Positions 62,467 through 64,000 of a DNA stretch of 64,000 nucleotides are shown here, piece by piece. The DNA is taken from IMG/VR virus record IMGVR_UViG_3300033555_000001, positions 192,001 through 256,000 of that record. One strand, written 5' to 3'. Under the pieces are notes generated by a model. It saw only the letters and a program-made list of their open reading frames with translations. It had not been told where the DNA came from and made no database searches. The first letter of the stretch is position 1. Each line of letters starts with the position of its first letter. Source of the stretch: a virus. Lineage: Duplodnaviria; Caudoviricetes. The position numbers were made by a program, and so were the translations under genes.

Positions 62467-62618
62467 TAGCGCCCATTAATCAAGCCTAATAAATTTAACC
62501 GGGCCACCCGAGCCCTCCCGCATCTATATAACCCGCTGGTCCCAAGAACAAAACGATTTAGAACTAAAGAATCAATCCCGGCTATTTGTAAATAAGAGGT
62601 GAACAAAAAGAGCCAATC

Positions 62619-62792
62619 ATGAAGCTGTACGATTTTTCAGTCCATGCAAAAAGACGAGACGCTAACCAGTCTGCGGAGCGTGTCTGCGCACTGCGCACTA
62701 AGTTAAACGAACCTGGAGCGGTAATTGAACTTAAAGCACGTGTGCAGTGCTGGCTTGTGCTGCACGAAGAAATACTTAAGATGGCCTCTTAA
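62619..62792 (+). CDS. 57-aa late hypothetical protein
   Basis: Hand-translated MKLYDFSVHAKRRDANQSAERVC...; TAAATA upstream. Confidence 0.45.
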   Translation: MKLYDFSVHAKRRDANQSAERVCALRTKLNEPGAVIELKARVQCWLVLHEEILKMAS

Positions 62793-62860
62793 CCCGAAGA
62801 ACTGCTCTGCACTATCATAAAAAGATTTAAAATATAGTAACTCTTCTTGAAAGACTTACT

Positions 62861-63676
62861 ATGCTGATGCGCATTGCCTCTGACCTGCACCTCGAACAAT
62901 GGGCCGACATGGATGTTGCCGCCCTTGAGATTAATCACCTTCCAAAAGACGACAGGGATCTGGGCTCAGTTCTTGTGCTAGCAGGCGATATCTCTTCTTC
63001 TCCTACACAGCTCGTTGCTTTCATTAAACAAGTTGAACAGCGGTTCAAGCACGTAATCTATCTCGCCGGGAATCATGAGTGGTACCGCCATGAGGTAACC
63101 GCCGTAGTTCCTTATACTGAAAGCCTGTTTAAAGAATATACGGTTAACACCTCACGGGAATTGGGCGGTGTTGGTGTCAAGATTATTGAAGGCACCAAAT
63201 TTATCTTTGGCACGCTGTGGGCCGATGGTGGCAGTACTGCTTTTGACCGCATGGCCGTTGAGCGCGGGCTGTGGGACTTTAATATCATCCGAGTAAATGG
63301 CTTGCGCTTTACTGTGGCGCGCATGCAGGCAATTCACAAGGCTCAAAAAGCACAAATTATTGCTGCTCTTAAAGAACCGTTTGACGGTGTTACTGTTGTT
63401 GCAACTCACCACATGCCATCTTATCGGTTGTGCCATCCTCGCTTTGGCACTGACATTAACGGCGGGTTTGCATCGAACTGTGAGGATATTCTGGCATATG
63501 ATATGGCACCGGACTTCTGGGTTTTTGGCCATACGCACGATGTGATTGATACTAAGATCTTTAACACACGGTGTATTTCTAACCCGTCTGGTTATCGCAA
63601 TGAAAAAGATACGTGTTACAACGATTACTGTATGGGTCCAAAGTTTTTTGAGCTAGAAACTACTTCAGTGACTTAA
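62861..63676 (+). CDS. Calcineurin-like metallophosphoesterase
   Basis: SDLH; AGD; AGNHE; THH; GHTH. Confidence 0.9.
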   Translation: MLMRIASDLHLEQWADMDVAALEINHLPKDDRDLGSVLVLAGDISSSPTQLVAFIKQVEQRFKHVIYLAGNHEWYRHEVTAVVPYTESLFKEYTVNTSRELGGVGVKIIEGTKFIFGTLWADGGSTAFDRMAVERGLWDFNIIRVNGLRFTVARMQAIHKAQKAQIIAALKEPFDGVTVVATHHMPSYRLCHPRFGTDINGGFASNCEDILAYDMAPDFWVFGHTHDVIDTKIFNTRCISNPSGYRNEKDTCYNDYCMGPKFFELETTSVT

Positions 63677-64000
63677 TAAAATTATTGTATTCCTCGGCAT
63701 ACTCTTGTGACTTAGCAATTGCCGCTTCACCTGCAGGAAACCTTCCCTTGAGCACGTACATTGCGTAAGATAAGGAAGAGTCCGCGTCAGCAGCTATTGC
63801 CGCCTCGCCTGCAGGAAACCTGCCTTCAATCGCGTACTCCGCGTAATTTAAGGATTCGTTCGGGTCAGCAGCTATTGCCGCTTCACCCGCTGGAAACCTG
63901 CCATCAAGTACACTCACCGCATAAAAACCGGCCCATTCTGCACTCTTAGCTATTGCTGCCTCACCAGCTGGAAATCTGCCTTTGAGCACGTTACCTGCAT
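63660..64000 (-). CDS. 26-aa (78-bp) tandem-repeat protein, truncated by window end; paralogue of 61476
   Basis: Four GRFPAGEAAIA units; frame open to base 64000. Confidence 0.75.
   Translation of the reverse strand, partial: AGNVLKGRFPAGEAAIAKSAEWAGFYAVSVLDGRFPAGEAAIAADPNESLNYAEYAIEGRFPAGEAAIAADADSSLSYAMYVLKGRFPAGEAAIAKSQEYAEEYNNFIKSLK

Noticed and set aside
1-64000. tRNA or rRNA genes
   Set aside because: No T-loop GTTCRANYC with cloverleaf context recognised and intergenic gaps are mostly too short; tRNAscan-SE not run
61476-64000. Diversity-generating retroelement VR/TR pair
   Set aside because: No reverse transcriptase in the window and differences between repeats are not visibly adenine-specific
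1-64000. Stop-codon reassignment
   Set aside because: Core genes are full length under the standard code and TAG, TGA and TAA all terminate genes at expected positions

Overview
64-kb internal segment of a large lytic myophage genome, T4-distant jumbo type. The overall gene content resembles RaK2/GAP32/XacN1-like phages; this is an inference, since no search was run. Genes are almost all on the + strand. 2.4-27.7 kb is a virion module: neck gp13/gp14-like, tail terminator gp15-like, sheath, tube, a second tube-fold protein, head-completion nuclease, putative small terminase and large terminase. 28-55 kb holds replication, recombination and nucleotide genes: gp32 SSB, UvsX/RecA, UvsY, UvsW, NrdA/NrdB, glutaredoxin, dCMP deaminase, clamp-loader subunits, two GroES and two separated fragments of a minimal DnaE-type polymerase, plus a GH108 endolysin. 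55-64 kb is an early-gene region with repeated promoters, a tandem gene triplication, DNA ligase and repeat proteins. Three features stand out. (1) About 15 unrelated accessory ORFs (two ADP-ribosyltransferase-like proteins, an amidoligase, an Acb1-like phosphodiesterase, a Ser/Thr kinase and unknowns) share a T4 internal-protein-like capsid-targeting N-terminus. (2) At least seven accessory cassettes are bracketed by short direct repeats copied from the neighbouring core gene end, terminator or start, with no integrase in view. (3) The DnaE is split without an intein and heavily reduced. No tRNA, rRNA, CRISPR array, intron or intein was found. All family assignments are by motif recognition, not database hits.
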